Source: Roseibium aggregatum (GTDB taxonomy: Bacteria; Pseudomonadota; Alphaproteobacteria; Rhizobiales; Stappiaceae). Taken from it: a stretch of DNA of 64,000 nt. Positions 27,647 to 39,990 of the stretch are shown piece after piece. The notes beneath the pieces are model-generated. The model was given only the letters and a program-made list of their open reading frames with translations, did not search any database and was not told the origin of the DNA. A program made the position numbers and the translations under genes. Position 1 is the first letter of the stretch, and each line of letters opens with the position of its first letter. The stretch lies in contig NZ_JABFCZ010000013.1 in NCBI RefSeq assembly GCF_014692675.1, positions 1-64,000 on the forward strand. The letters run 5' to 3'.

Positions 27647-28093
27647 TTAGTTGGCGGCCACCAGTTTGTTCAACGCCGTCAGGACGGTGTCGACTTCGGT
27701 AACCTGCTCGTCCAGAAGCGCCTTCTGCTCGTGCAGCATTTCCTGCTGCGCCTGGCAGATGCCCTGAAGTTCGCGATACTGGTCGCCTTTCGGCGTATCG
27801 CTTTCCACCAGCTTGATCACGCGGCGGATTTCCGCCAGCGTCAAACCGATCTTCTTGGCCTGCAGGATAACCCGCATCCGCCCGACATCCCTTGAGCCGT
27901 AAAAGCGGCGCGCACCCCGCCTTACAGGATGAAGGAGGCCTTTTTCCTCATAAAACCGGAGTGTTCGGAGTGTGACGCCGAACAGTTCCGACATCTCGGA
28001 AATCGCAAGAACCTCGTTTTCGGTTGCGGCATCTTCAACCGGCCCCGCGATATCCGGAACGGCGACTATGTTCATAGCTATGTTGTTCATCAA
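27647..28093 (-). CDS. MerR-family transcriptional regulator
   Basis: HTH ISEMSELFGVTLRTLRFYEEKGLLHPVRRGARRFYGSRDVGRMRVI, followed by a coiled-coil region. Confidence 0.8.
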   Translation of the reverse strand: MMNNIAMNIVAVPDIAGPVEDAATENEVLAISEMSELFGVTLRTLRFYEEKGLLHPVRRGARRFYGSRDVGRMRVILQAKKIGLTLAEIRRVIKLVESDTPKGDQYRELQGICQAQQEMLHEQKALLDEQVTEVDTVLTALNKLVAAN

Positions 28094-28940
28094 ACTTGCC
28101 CGATAGTTTCTCGTTATTTTGCACGGTCAGGCGACTATCCGGCATTCAACGACACGGCCCACCTCCGTATTCATCGAATCCCACACGCCGGATACTCAGG
28201 ATCGCTGCAACCCCTATCGCTACACATGACTGACAGGCACAACAGCGGCCGACCCCATACCGCGAAAGCTTTCACATAACTCTCTTACACTATTTTCGAA
28301 CAGCTAATCCACGTCGTTTTCAAAAATTTGGCGCGAATTGCCAAAAAATAGCATTTTTTTAATAAGAGAGATGTTTTCACAACACATAAACTGCAACTTA
28401 TGATTTTTATGCAAATTTTGCAGAGAAGCACAGCTTCGAAGTCGCTTTATTATATTAATTATCGATAATATTTACATGAAATATACGTTTGAAAATAAAG
28501 CCAGCGTATAAACAAATGTCCAGATAAAAAACGAGCTTCCATCCTCTTCGCCGGCGAAAAGATAAACAACGACCTCTGTAGAAACGTCAATATTCCAGAG
28601 TGATCTATTCGGCTTTGTTTTATTTGTTAACAATTCCGGCTCGAATAGTCTCAGCTTGAACAGTTTGAAATGCAACCGACACGAAGGTCAACGCCCCCTT
28701 CGAAAAAAATGCAGGAAAACAACACTAGAAGCCAAATACTTTCACGCATGAGACGATTTGTCCGGGCAACCGCCCTCTTCGGCAATTGTGGCACATAGTG
28801 CACTTGCGCATTGACAGTCCGGCCGGTTCGAGATTTTTCTGTTTCCGGATGAAGCTTATGTGGCGCTTCACTATTTTGTCGGTTAAGGAGTTCCCGGCTC
28901 CGGCTTTGCACCCGGGAAGGACCGCCGGCGCCGGAATCGA
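28094..28940. promoter_or_regulatory. Unusually AT-rich (~40% GC) 850-bp divergent intergenic region with no convincing ORF
   Basis: The 28280-28700 stretch is dominated by A/T runs (aaaaaatagcatttttttaataagagag...). The only ORFs listed here have implausible composition. Lies between the MerR start and the HTH/carB genes. Confidence 0.5.
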
Positions 28941-29024
28941 TTGAACCGCCGAACACGAGAGACTTCGGACATCTTGCCCGCAAATGCGCGGATATTTGCT
29001 CGACCGGCAAGCACGATAGAAGAC

Positions 29025-29300
29025 ATGGCCGATACAAAAAATTCAAATGGCGCCCCTGTAATGAGCCCCGACCAGTTCCGTGAATGGCGTCGGTCGCTCG
29101 GGCTGAAGCAGAAGGAAGCCGCCGAACAGCTGGGTCTCAAGAAGCGGATGATCCAGTATTACGAAAAAGGCAACCGGGATGGCCGGCCGGTCGAAATTCC
29201 GAAGTCGATTCGTCTCGCCTGCTATGCCCTGTCGGAAGGAATCGGCGATTTTGACGGCAATAATGTCCTGCCGCCCGACGAAGCTCCGGCCAAGAATTAA
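29025..29300 (+). CDS. Small XRE-like HTH DNA-binding protein upstream of carB
   Basis: HTH motif MSPDQFREWRRSLGLKQKEAAEQLGLKKRMIQYYEKG. Start placed at the internal ATG at 29025. Confidence 0.6.
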   Translation: MADTKNSNGAPVMSPDQFREWRRSLGLKQKEAAEQLGLKKRMIQYYEKGNRDGRPVEIPKSIRLACYALSEGIGDFDGNNVLPPDEAPAKN

Positions 29301-29469
29301 CGTTTTGCGCGCCAACGCGCTGTGAAAAAGGAATTTAGCCCCCGCGCGGGGTTTCCACGCCTCACAGTTTTCCCTATAAGACGCGCTCAGCCAACATTGA
29401 CACTCATAATGGAACGAGCCGAACCGGCGGGCAGCCATGCCTGCACGGAAACGGCCGATGCGAGCCCCG

Positions 29470-32400
29470 ATGCCAAAACGTACTGACATCTCCTCAATTC
29501 TCATCATAGGCGCCGGTCCGATCGTGATCGGCCAGGCCTGCGAATTCGACTATTCCGGTACGCAGGCCTGCAAGGCACTTCGAGAAGAGGGCTACCGCAT
29601 CATCCTGGTGAATTCGAACCCGGCGACGATCATGACCGATCCGGACCTGGCCGATGCCACCTACATCGAGCCGATCACGCCGGAGATCGTCGCCAAGATC
29701 ATCGAGAAGGAACGCCCCGACGTCCTGCTGCCGACCATGGGCGGCCAGACGGCGCTCAACTGCGCGCTCGATCTGGAAAGGATGGGCGTCCTTGAAGAAT
29801 TCGGCGTCGAGATGATCGGCGCCCGGGCCGACGTCATCGAAAAGGCGGAAGACCGCGAGAAATTCCGCGCCGCCATGGATGTCATCGGCCTGGAGAACCC
29901 GCGCGCCGCCATCGCCTCGTCTCCGGAAATCCGGAACGAGAAGGGCAAGATCATCGGCTACGACCGTGCCACCGGCGTCCTGGAGGCCATGAAGGCGCTC
30001 GACGACATCGGCTTGCCCGCCATCATCCGCCCGGCCTTCACCCTCGGCGGCACCGGCGGCGGGGTTGCCTACAATCGCGAGGAATTCGAAACCATCGTCC
30101 GCTCGGGGATCGACGCGTCACCGGTCGGCCAGGTGCTGATCGACGAAAGCCTGCTCGGCTGGAAGGAGTACGAGATGGAAGTGGTCCGCGACAAGGCGGA
30201 CAACTGCATCATTATCTGTTCCATTGAAAACGTCGATCCGATGGGCGTTCACACCGGCGACTCGATCACCGTTGCGCCCGCGCTGACGCTCACCGACAAG
30301 GAATACCAGATCATGCGCGACGCCTCGATTGCGGTGCTGCGCGAGATCGGCGTGGAAACCGGCGGCTCGAACGTGCAGTTCGCCGTCAATCCGGACAACG
30401 GCCGCCTTGTCGTCATCGAAATGAACCCGCGCGTGTCGCGCTCCTCCGCACTTGCGTCCAAGGCGACAGGCTTCCCGATCGCCAAGATCGCGGCCAAGCT
30501 TGCCGTCGGCTACACCCTGGACGAGCTGGAAAACGACATCACCGGCGGCGCGACCCCGGCCTCCTTCGAACCCTCCATCGACTATGTGGTGACGAAGATC
30601 CCGCGCTTTGCCTTCGAAAAGTTCCCCGGCTCCGAACCGGTCCTGACCACGGCGATGAAATCCGTCGGCGAAGTGATGGCGATCGGCCGCAACTTTGCCG
30701 AAAGTCTGCAGAAGGCGCTGCGCGGCCTTGAAACGGGTCTGACCGGACTGGACGAGACCGAGATTGCGGGCCTCGATCAGGGCGACGACAAGAACGCGAT
30801 CCGCGCCGCGATCTCCGTCCCGACGCCGACCCGGCTCCTCAATGTCGCCCAGGCCATGCGGCTTGGCATGAGCCTTGAGGAAATCCATCAGGCCTGTTCC
30901 ATCGATCCCTGGTTCCTGGAACAGATCGCCGATATCGTTGAAATGGAAGACAAGGTGCGCACGCACGGTCTGCCGCAGAACACCCAGATGCTGCGCAAGC
31001 TGAAGTCCATGGGCTTTTCCGATGCCCGGCTGGCCTCTCTTGCCGGCAAGGACGAGGCCGACATCGCGAAGCTGCGCGCGGAGCTTGACGTGCACCCGGT
31101 CTACAAGCGCATCGACACCTGCGCGGCGGAATTCGCCTCCCCCACCGCTTACATGTATTCCACCTACGAGGCTCCCTTCATGGGCAAGCCCGCCTGTGAA
31201 GCGGCCCCGACCGACCGCAAGAAGGTCGTCATCCTGGGTGGCGGACCGAACCGGATCGGCCAGGGGATCGAGTTCGATTACTGCTGCTGTCATGCAGCCT
31301 TCGCCCTGGACGAGGTCGGTTATGAAACCATCATGATCAACTGCAACCCGGAAACGGTCTCCACCGACTACGACACCTCCGACCGGCTCTACTTCGAGCC
31401 GCTGACTGCAGAGGACGTTCTGGAGATTATCCGCAAGGAGCAGGAAAACGGCACGCTGCACGGCGTCATCGTCCAGTTCGGCGGCCAGACGCCGCTGAAG
31501 CTCGCCCAGGCGCTGATGAAGGCCGGCGTGCCGATCCTCGGTACCTCGCCCGACATGATCGACCTGGCGGAGGACCGTGACCGGTTCCAGAAACTTCTGG
31601 TCAAGCTCGGCCTGAAGCAGCCGGAAAACGGCATTGCCTATTCCGTCGAACAGGGCCGGCTGATCGCGGGCAAGCTCGGCCTGCCGCTGGTCGTGCGCCC
31701 GTCCTATGTGCTCGGCGGCCGGGCCATGCAGATCATCCGCGACGAGGAAGCGCTCAATTCCTACCTGCTCGGAACCCTGCCCGAACTCGTCCCCGGCGAC
31801 ATCCGGGCGAAGTATCCGAACGACAAGACCGGCCAGATCAACACCCTGCTCGGCACCAACCCGCTGCTGTTCGACCGCTATCTGGACGGGGCGGTAGAGG
31901 TGGACGTGGATGCGCTGTGCGACGGCAAGGACGTCTTCGTCTGCGGCATCATGGAACATATCGAGGAAGCCGGCATCCACTCCGGCGATAGCGCCTGTTC
32001 CCTGCCGCCCTACAATCTGTCGAAGGACATCATCGAGGAACTGAAGCGCCAGACCACCGCCCTTGCCCTGGCCCTCGAGGTCGGCGGGCTGATGAACGTG
32101 CAATATGCCATCAAGGACGGCGACATCTATGTCCTGGAAGTCAACCCGCGCGCTTCGCGCACCGTGCCTTTCGTCGCCAAGACCATCGGCGACCCGGTCG
32201 CCAAGATCGCAAGCCGCATCATGGCGGGCGAAAGCCTCGCCTCCTTCGGACTTGTGGAAAAGAACCTGAAGCACGTCGCCGTCAAGGAAGCCGTCTTTCC
32301 CTTCACCCGCTTCCCCGGCGTCGACACGGTTCTCGGCCCGGAAATGCGTTCAACGGGTGAGGTCATGGGCCTCAACGGCGCCTTTTCCACCGCATTCGCC

Positions 32401-32832
32401 AAGTCGCAGATCGCCTGCGGGACCGGCGTGCCGGAAAAGGGGACGGTTTTCGTCTCCATGCGCGATCCGGACAAGGCAGGCGTGGTCGAGGCCGTGCGCA
32501 TGCTGGAACAGGCGGGCTTCAACATCATCGCCACCGGCGGAACCCAGAGCTTCCTGCAGGACAAGGGAATTTCCTGCAAGAAAATCAACAAGGTTCTGGA
32601 AGGCCGGCCGCACATTGTCGACGCCATCAAGAACGGCGAAGTCCAGCTTGTCTTCAACACCACCGAAGGCGCCCAGGCGCTGCTCGACAGCCGCTCGATG
32701 CGCCAGGCCGCGCTGATGAACAAGGTTCCGTATTACACCACCCTTGCCGGCTCGGTTGCCGCCGCCAAGGGCATCGTCGCTCACAAGAAAGGCAACCTCG
32801 AAGTGAGACCTTTGCAATCTTACTTCGCTTGA
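29470..32832 (+). CDS. carB: Carbamoyl-phosphate synthase large subunit
   Basis: Two ATP-grasp halves ([24 protein letters not shown]...; [23 protein letters not shown]...) and a C-terminal MGS-like domain. Confidence 0.97.
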   Translation: MPKRTDISSILIIGAGPIVIGQACEFDYSGTQACKALREEGYRIILVNSNPATIMTDPDLADATYIEPITPEIVAKIIEKERPDVLLPTMGGQTALNCALDLERMGVLEEFGVEMIGARADVIEKAEDREKFRAAMDVIGLENPRAAIASSPEIRNEKGKIIGYDRATGVLEAMKALDDIGLPAIIRPAFTLGGTGGGVAYNREEFETIVRSGIDASPVGQVLIDESLLGWKEYEMEVVRDKADNCIIICSIENVDPMGVHTGDSITVAPALTLTDKEYQIMRDASIAVLREIGVETGGSNVQFAVNPDNGRLVVIEMNPRVSRSSALASKATGFPIAKIAAKLAVGYTLDELENDITGGATPASFEPSIDYVVTKIPRFAFEKFPGSEPVLTTAMKSVGEVMAIGRNFAESLQKALRGLETGLTGLDETEIAGLDQGDDKNAIRAAISVPTPTRLLNVAQAMRLGMSLEEIHQACSIDPWFLEQIADIVEMEDKVRTHGLPQNTQMLRKLKSMGFSDARLASLAGKDEADIAKLRAELDVHPVYKRIDTCAAEFASPTAYMYSTYEAPFMGKPACEAAPTDRKKVVILGGGPNRIGQGIEFDYCCCHAAFALDEVGYETIMINCNPETVSTDYDTSDRLYFEPLTAEDVLEIIRKEQENGTLHGVIVQFGGQTPLKLAQALMKAGVPILGTSPDMIDLAEDRDRFQKLLVKLGLKQPENGIAYSVEQGRLIAGKLGLPLVVRPSYVLGGRAMQIIRDEEALNSYLLGTLPELVPGDIRAKYPNDKTGQINTLLGTNPLLFDRYLDGAVEVDVDALCDGKDVFVCGIMEHIEEAGIHSGDSACSLPPYNLSKDIIEELKRQTTALALALEVGGLMNVQYAIKDGDIYVLEVNPRASRTVPFVAKTIGDPVAKIASRIMAGESLASFGLVEKNLKHVAVKEAVFPFTRFPGVDTVLGPEMRSTGEVMGLNGAFSTAFAKSQIACGTGVPEKGTVFVSMRDPDKAGVVEAVRMLEQAGFNIIATGGTQSFLQDKGISCKKINKVLEGRPHIVDAIKNGEVQLVFNTTEGAQALLDSRSMRQAALMNKVPYYTTLAGSVAAAKGIVAHKKGNLEVRPLQSYFA

Positions 32833-32854
32833 GGCTATTATCCGGCCCGCCTTT

Positions 32855-32912
32855 CTCACACTCCCTTTGCCCTGCATCACGGAAACAGACAACAGGGCAA
32901 AGGGAGTGTGAG
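32855..32912. repeat. Perfect 20-bp inverted repeat with an 18-nt loop just after the carB stop (stable hairpin or terminator-like element)
   Basis: CTCACACTCCCTTTGCCCTG-catcacggaaacagacaa-CAGGGCAAAGGGAGTGTGAG. No following T-run. Confidence 0.6.
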
Positions 32913-33021
32913 AAATGTGGGCTAGCCCCCCGGCCGGGAAAGAAATCCTTTCCCGGCTGGGTTTCTTTTTATGATGCGAGGTCCTGGAAAGAGGGCCCGG
33001 TAAGCTGAAGGTCTGTGACCA

Positions 33022-33495
33022 ATGGAAAAAGTTCCGATGACCTCCGCCGGTTACGCGATGCTGGAACAGGAATTGAAGCAGCGCATGTCGGTCGAGCGCC
33101 CGCGTATCGTGGATGCGATCGCCGAAGCCCGCGCGCATGGCGATCTGTCGGAAAACGCCGAGTATCACGCCGCCAAGGAAGCCCAGAGCCACAATGAAGG
33201 CCGGATCACCGAGCTGGAGGACAAGCTCTCGCGCGCAGAAGTGATCGACGTGACCAAACTGTCCGGCGATGTGGTCAAGTTCGGCGCCACGGTGTCCCTC
33301 ATCGACGAGGACACCGAGGAAGAGAAGAAATACATGATCGTCGGCGACGTGGAATCCGACGTGAAACAGAACAAGATCTCCATATCTTCGCCGATCGCCC
33401 GCGCCCTTATCGGCAAGACCATCGGCGACAGCGTCGAAGTGTCCGCTCCCGGCGGGGCACGGTCCTACGAGATCGTTGACGTTCAATTCATCTGA
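33022..33495 (+). CDS. greA: Transcription elongation factor GreA
   Basis: Motifs [17 protein letters not shown]...[26 protein letters not shown], and the conserved carB-greA linkage. Confidence 0.95.
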   Translation: MEKVPMTSAGYAMLEQELKQRMSVERPRIVDAIAEARAHGDLSENAEYHAAKEAQSHNEGRITELEDKLSRAEVIDVTKLSGDVVKFGATVSLIDEDTEEEKKYMIVGDVESDVKQNKISISSPIARALIGKTIGDSVEVSAPGGARSYEIVDVQFI

Positions 33496-33593
33496 TCCGG
33501 ACCCGGTCCTGCGGCCGGATCAGATCCTCCCGTAATCCGCATAGACGGCACCGCGTGGCGCGCTGCAACGGCAGCCGCGCGGGTGCCTGACGG

Positions 33594-33944
33594 TTATTGG
33601 TGCTGGAGGATGTTGACGACGCGGTCAAAAGGGTCGCGAACGAAAAAACGCCTGACGCCCCACGGTTCGTCCACCGGTCCGTAGAGGATCGGGAAGCCCC
33701 GGTCCCGGGCCCGCTCCAGGACCTCATCCAGATTATCGACCTCCACAGAGAGGTCGGGGACTTCGGTTCCCGATCCGCCTTCGCTGGCAATGCTGAGCTG
33801 AGGCATTGCCGATCCGGAATCGGCATATGTCACGAGCCATCCATGGTCCATAACGATGGCCATGCCCAGAACTTCGCCGTAGAAACGGGCGGCCGCCCCC
33901 GTGTCCGGGGAGGCGATATTGGTGACGACGCGTTTGACGGTCAT
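33594..33944 (-). CDS. VOC-family (glyoxalase/bleomycin-resistance fold) protein
   Basis: About 116 aa with a VOC-like N-terminus (FYGEVLGMAIVMD) and a C-terminal WGVRRFFVRDPFD. Confidence 0.6.
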   Translation of the reverse strand: MTVKRVVTNIASPDTGAAARFYGEVLGMAIVMDHGWLVTYADSGSAMPQLSIASEGGSGTEVPDLSVEVDNLDEVLERARDRGFPILYGPVDEPWGVRRFFVRDPFDRVVNILQHQ

Positions 33945-33971
33945 TGAATTTCCTCCTGCATGCACGAGCGG

Positions 33972-35753
33972 TCAGACGGATACCTGCCGGGACCGACCAT
34001 GAATGTCAGGCATGCCGACAGCCTGGATTTCCCTGTCGTCGGACGCCTCGGCCTGACCTGTGGCCGCCGCCGGCGGTTTGCGCCCACCGGATTTCAGGAG
34101 CTTTTCGAATTCGGGGCCGCTGATCGGACGGCTCCAGTTGTAGCCTTGACCGAGATTGAAGCCAATCTGCTGAATGATCTGCGCCTCCTCCGCGGTTTCC
34201 ACCCCTTCGGCGACCGATACCAGTCCGAATTCGCGGGCAAGCATGACCATCGTCCGCAGAACCGCCTGGTTTTCCGGTTTGCCGGCCGACCCTGAGACGA
34301 AGCTGCGGTCCACCTTGATCGTATCGACCGGGTATCTGGTCAGGCTGTTCAAGGAGGCATATCCGGTTCCGAAATCGTCCAGTCCGATCGTTACCCCCAG
34401 GCCCCTGAGATAACCCAGGACCTCGATGAAATTGTCAGACGAATCCAGGATCGTGTTTTCGGTCAGTTCCAGCTCCAGCGATCCGGCGTCCAGACCGGTA
34501 TCGGCCAGCGCCCAGGTCACATCGTTGACGAGGGACTTGGAATAGGTCTGTCTCGGAAACAGATTGACCGCGATTTTCAGCGGTCGTCCGGCAAGCGCGC
34601 GCCACTTTTGCGCCTGGGCGCATGCCTGAAACAGAACCCAGCGGCCGATGCTGACAGACATCTCGCTGCCCGTGATCAGATCGATAAAGCAGTCCGGTGC
34701 CAGCAGGCCTCTTTTCGGGTGGTTCCACCGCAGCAGCGCCTCCGCGCCGACGGTCCGGCCGCTGCGGATATCGATCTGCGGCTGGAAGTGAAGTTCGAAC
34801 TGATCCTTTTCCAACGCCGCCTTCAATTCCGGCATGAGTGCGAAACGCTCTTCGACCGCCTCCCGCAGATCGGGGGTAAACCTGGAAACCCGCCCGCGGA
34901 TGATCTTGGCTTCGTAAAGCGCCAGGTCGGCATTGCTCATCAGCTCGTCGGGAGTAATCCCGTTCTCAGGTGCATGCACGACGCCCGCGCTGCACCCGAT
35001 CGTGATTTCATGGGCACCGATGAAAACAGGCTTGCGCACATTCCAGATCGCCGTTTCGACGAAGGCGAAGGCATTCTGCGGGTCGGCGCAGGTCGGCAGG
35101 ATCAGGGCGAACTCGTCTCCCCCGATCCGGTAAAGGCGCATTTTTTCATGCATGACCTCGCGCAGCCGATCGCAAAAAGCCACGAGCAACTTGTCACCGA
35201 CGGAATGACCCAGCGTGTCGTTGACATCCTTGAAATGGTCGAGATCGAACAGGCCGATACAGACGCCATTCGCACGGGCATCGATCCCGGACATGGCTTC
35301 CGCCAGGTCCTCATTGAAGGCCCGCCGGTTCAAGGCGCCCGTAACCGGATCGAAATAGGCTGATTTCCTGATTTCTTCCGCCAGCCTCACGTGCTCCGAG
35401 ACATCCCGGGCAAAACAGATTATATCGCCGTTCGCGTTCAGCTTGCTCAAGGAGATATCGAGCGGGATTTCCGATCCATCCTTGCGCCTGCCGAAGATCC
35501 GCTGCACCGACCCCATGGGCCTGGAAACCGGATTCAACGCATAGGTTTCACGCAGCTTCGCATGACCTGCAAACCGATCGGGGACAAGGATTTCGATTTT
35601 CCGGCCAATCAGGTCTTCGCGCGCGTATCCGAAAATCTGCTCCAGCGCGCCGTTAAACGCCTGAATGGTGCCGGTGCGGTCGCAGATAAGGACCCCATCG
35701 GGAATATCATCAATGGAAATCTGCAGCGTCGTCCCCACTCCGCCCCCCTGCAA
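33972..35753 (-). CDS. PAS-GGDEF-EAL signalling protein (diguanylate cyclase/phosphodiesterase)
   Basis: PAS region (TIQAFNGALEQIFGY), GGDEF (YRIGGDEFALIL) and EAL (GAEALLRWNHP...DDFGTGYASL). Confidence 0.9.
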   Translation of the reverse strand: MQGGGVGTTLQISIDDIPDGVLICDRTGTIQAFNGALEQIFGYAREDLIGRKIEILVPDRFAGHAKLRETYALNPVSRPMGSVQRIFGRRKDGSEIPLDISLSKLNANGDIICFARDVSEHVRLAEEIRKSAYFDPVTGALNRRAFNEDLAEAMSGIDARANGVCIGLFDLDHFKDVNDTLGHSVGDKLLVAFCDRLREVMHEKMRLYRIGGDEFALILPTCADPQNAFAFVETAIWNVRKPVFIGAHEITIGCSAGVVHAPENGITPDELMSNADLALYEAKIIRGRVSRFTPDLREAVEERFALMPELKAALEKDQFELHFQPQIDIRSGRTVGAEALLRWNHPKRGLLAPDCFIDLITGSEMSVSIGRWVLFQACAQAQKWRALAGRPLKIAVNLFPRQTYSKSLVNDVTWALADTGLDAGSLELELTENTILDSSDNFIEVLGYLRGLGVTIGLDDFGTGYASLNSLTRYPVDTIKVDRSFVSGSAGKPENQAVLRTMVMLAREFGLVSVAEGVETAEEAQIIQQIGFNLGQGYNWSRPISGPEFEKLLKSGGRKPPAAATGQAEASDDREIQAVGMPDIHGRSRQVSV

Positions 35754-35986
35754 AAGCCTTTGAGACCGGGGCCCGTCTCGCCGCCCGATATCAAACCTCG
35801 TCTTTTGCGAGTAAGTTGATCTACGTAGGCAAGCATGTAGAGCGCAGTGTTAATGTGCAGTAAACTCGAAACGATTTTGGCGGAGAATGCCAAAAAATCG
35901 TCTAAATCCGCCCATAATCAAGAATTAATATAATACATATATAATATCACAAATATAGCTTACGTTGCGTTACTCAACATTGATCA

Positions 35987-36541
35987 TCAGTCTTCAATTG
36001 GAACAATCGGTTCATCTTTGGTTCGACGAATGGTCAGGGCAGTGCGCACGCTCGCCACGTTTGGCGCAGCCGTCAATTCGCTGATGACGAAATTCTGGAA
36101 ACTCTGCAGATCCGGAGCCACGCATTTCAGAAGAAAATCGACTTCTCCGGACAGCATGTAACTCTCGCGCACGACATCCCAGGCCTGGACCGTTTTCTCA
36201 AAGGCGATCAGATCGGCCTCTTTCTGGCTGTGCAGCCCGACCATGGCGAATGCGGTCACGTCAAAACCCAGTTGCTTTTCATCCAGAAGCGTCCGGTAGC
36301 CGCGGATCAGCCCGGCCTCTTCCAGTGCGCGGACACGGCGCAGGCAGGGAGGGGCGGATATTCCGACCCTGCGGGCGAGTTCGACATTCGTCATCCGCCC
36401 GTCTTCCTGCAGCTCTTTCAGGATGTGCCAGTCGATTGCATCAAGCCGCGCTTTCACTCTTGGTCTCCCGGGCCGTATTGCGTTGTCCGGCCAGCCCGGA
36501 TACGGCCTTGATCTGGAAAATCGAATACCGTTCTGCCGCAA
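35987..36541 (-). CDS. Lrp/AsnC-family transcriptional regulator. The start is probably downstream of the listed 36541.
   Basis: HTH DAIDWHILKELQEDGRMTNVELARRVGISAPPCLRRVRALEEAGLI, plus a RAM domain. Confidence 0.85.
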   Translation of the reverse strand: MRQNGIRFSRSRPYPGWPDNAIRPGRPRVKARLDAIDWHILKELQEDGRMTNVELARRVGISAPPCLRRVRALEEAGLIRGYRTLLDEKQLGFDVTAFAMVGLHSQKEADLIAFEKTVQAWDVVRESYMLSGEVDFLLKCVAPDLQSFQNFVISELTAAPNVASVRTALTIRRTKDEPIVPIED

Positions 36542-36615
36542 ATCCGGCCGGACGGTTCACCTCAGCCGAATTATGATTTTTTGCGCATTTGTGCAAGACT
36601 ATAACAAAATCGCGC

Positions 36616-37623
36616 ATGATTCAGAAACATCACAACAGGAATCCCGTGCATACACCGCCACTGCCAGAAAGTTGTTGGGTGCTGACAGACGGCAAGGCGG
36701 GGGACGAAACCCAATGCATCGGCGTCGCCGAGGCGCTCGGGACCGCTTACGGGATCCGCCGTGTCGCGCCCCGCCCGCCCTTTTCCTGGATGATGCCGTG
36801 GGGCCCCGTCGACCCGCGCGAAAGCGAAAGCCGGCCCGGCAGCCCGATCGCCCCACCCTTTCCGGATATCGTCATCGCATCGGGACGGCGCGCGGTTCCC
36901 TATCTGAGGCGAGTCAAGAAGGCCTCTGATGGACGGACCTTTACCGTGTTCCTGAAGGACCCGCGCACCGGCCCGAAGACCGCCGACCTGATCTGGGTGC
37001 CCGAGCACGACAGCCTGCGCGGCACGAACGTCCTCGTGACACCCACCGCCCCGCACCGGTTTTCCCGTCAGGTCCTGGCGGATCTTCGGACTAGGCCGCA
37101 CCCGGACATCGATCCCCTGTCCCATCCGCGCGTGGCCGTCCTGATCGGCGGCGACAGCCGGCATCATACCTTTACCCAAGACGATATCGAAAGCCTGATG
37201 GCTGGTCTGGCACGGCTTCAGGAGCAAGACGGCGCCTCCTTGATGATCACCGCATCCCGCAGGACGCCGGAATCGCTCAAGAGGCGGCTGGAACAACTTG
37301 CCGCATCCGGAAGCTGTCTCTTGTGGGACGGCAGCGGCGAAAATCCCCTCTCCGCCTATCTCGCCAAGGCGGATGCCGTTGTCGCGACGGCCGATTCGAC
37401 CAACATGATCGGCGAGGCGGCAGCCACCGGAAAACCGGTTCACGTGTTCACGCCCCAGGGCAATCACCCGAAAATTGACCGCTTTCTGGGGACTTTGACC
37501 TCACTTGGGATCATTCACCCCTTTCCGGGGCCGCTAAAAAACACTACCTACGAGCCGCTGGACAGTACGCCGATGATCGCCAGCGAAATCCTGCAGAGAT
37601 TCGCAAGACATCGGGCGGGCTGA
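36616..37623 (+). CDS. ELM1/DUF1022 family protein (mitochondrial-fission ELM1-like)
   Basis: N-terminal signature WVLTDGKAGDETQCIGVAEALG is typical of DUF1022. Confidence 0.65.
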   Translation: MIQKHHNRNPVHTPPLPESCWVLTDGKAGDETQCIGVAEALGTAYGIRRVAPRPPFSWMMPWGPVDPRESESRPGSPIAPPFPDIVIASGRRAVPYLRRVKKASDGRTFTVFLKDPRTGPKTADLIWVPEHDSLRGTNVLVTPTAPHRFSRQVLADLRTRPHPDIDPLSHPRVAVLIGGDSRHHTFTQDDIESLMAGLARLQEQDGASLMITASRRTPESLKRRLEQLAASGSCLLWDGSGENPLSAYLAKADAVVATADSTNMIGEAAATGKPVHVFTPQGNHPKIDRFLGTLTSLGIIHPFPGPLKNTTYEPLDSTPMIASEILQRFARHRAG

Positions 37624-38667
<1,044 letters not shown>

Positions 38668-38709
38668 GACGGCAACCTGGCAAATAAACAGCAAGCGGGG
38701 GCGTGTGAC

Positions 38710-39606
38710 ATGGATTGGGACAAACTGCGCATCTTCCATGCCGCCGCCCAGGCCGGCAGTTTCACCCACGCCGGCGATGTGCTCAACCTGAGCCAGTCGG
38801 CAGTGAGCCGTCAGGTCAGTTCCCTGGAACAGGATCTGGGCGTGCCGCTGTTTCACCGGCACGCCCGCGGTCTTTTGCTCACCGAACAGGGTGAACTGCT
38901 TTACCGGACCGCCGCCGATGTCCTGATGAAGCTGGAATCGGTCCAGAGTCGCCTTTCCGACAGCAAGGACAAACCGTCCGGCGTGCTGAAGGTGACGACC
39001 ACCGTCGGCCTCGGTTCCACATGGCTGACCTCCAGGATCAACGACTTCATCAACCTCTATCCGGATGTACAGCTGCAGCTGATTTTCGACGACGACGAAC
39101 TGGACCTGGGCATGCGCGAGGCCGATGTCGCGATCCGGCTGCGCCTGCCGACCCAGCCGGACCTCATTCAGCGCAAGCTCTTCACCGTGCATTTCCACGT
39201 GTACGCGGCACCGAGCTATTTGAAACGCTTCGGCACCCCGCGCAGCATCGACGATCTGGACAAGCACCGGATCGTCACCTTCGGCGAACAGGCCCCGGCC
39301 TATCTGCGCGACATGAACTGGCTCGACACGGCCGGGCGGACACCGGCGGATCCACGTCGCTCGGTGTTGCAGGTGAACAACCTGGTGGCCATCAAGCGCG
39401 CCGTCCAGACCGGCGTCGGCATTGCCATACTGCCCGACTATATCATCGAGAAGGACAGCGGCCTGGTGCAGGTCCTGACCGAACTGGAGGACAAGGTGCC
39501 TTCGTTCGACACCTATTTCGTTTATCCGTCGGAACTCAAGAACACCGCACGGGTGAAAGTGTTCCGCGACTTCCTCGTCGCCAATGCCGAAACCTGGGTT
39601 TACTGA
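38710..39606 (+). CDS. LysR-family transcriptional regulator
   Basis: N-terminal HTH LRIFHAAAQAGSFTHAGDVLNLSQSAVSRQVSSLEQDLGVPLFHR and a C-terminal substrate-binding domain. Confidence 0.9.
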   Translation: MDWDKLRIFHAAAQAGSFTHAGDVLNLSQSAVSRQVSSLEQDLGVPLFHRHARGLLLTEQGELLYRTAADVLMKLESVQSRLSDSKDKPSGVLKVTTTVGLGSTWLTSRINDFINLYPDVQLQLIFDDDELDLGMREADVAIRLRLPTQPDLIQRKLFTVHFHVYAAPSYLKRFGTPRSIDDLDKHRIVTFGEQAPAYLRDMNWLDTAGRTPADPRRSVLQVNNLVAIKRAVQTGVGIAILPDYIIEKDSGLVQVLTELEDKVPSFDTYFVYPSELKNTARVKVFRDFLVANAETWVY

Positions 39607-39960
39607 GGCAATCGTCTGCCCATTTGATAGACATGCCCAATCTGACTGCAAATTATGCAGATTCCTGAGATCCGGACCGGGCGCTCATTGAAATCTGCGA
39701 AAATAACATCAAGAGTTGCACTTTTTCACGCCTGATTTTTGCAATAAACCCTTTTAAATCAGCGTATTATAAAAGCCATTCGGTTTTTGCATACCAGATC
39801 TGCACGCCTGCCTCTTGTTTCACCAGCTTGTGCACTGCATATAAGCATCACTGTTGGTCAGTTGGCGCAGCTCGTTCCTCCCAGCAGCGCCTTATCTGCC
39901 AGCTGTTCCCCTCTGGAAGGTGATTCCACTGCAAAATGCAGTGAAATCAAAATCTAAACT

Positions 39961-39990
39961 GCCGGGTCCTTGACCCGGCATTTTTTTTGC
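39961..39990 (+). terminator. Strong rho-independent terminator in the 630-bp gap between the LysR gene and msrP
   Basis: GCCGGGTC-CTTGA-CCCGGC followed by ATTTTTTTT. Preceded by a second small hairpin (CACTGCA-AAA-TGCAGTG). Confidence 0.75.

Noticed and set aside
28472-29046. ORFs 28472-28675 and 28651-29046 in the AT-rich region
   Set aside because: Implausible amino-acid composition, no start context, and the second overlaps the HTH gene on the opposite strand. The region is treated as non-coding.
30118-32274. 718-aa ORF on the - strand
   Set aside because: Antisense to carB.
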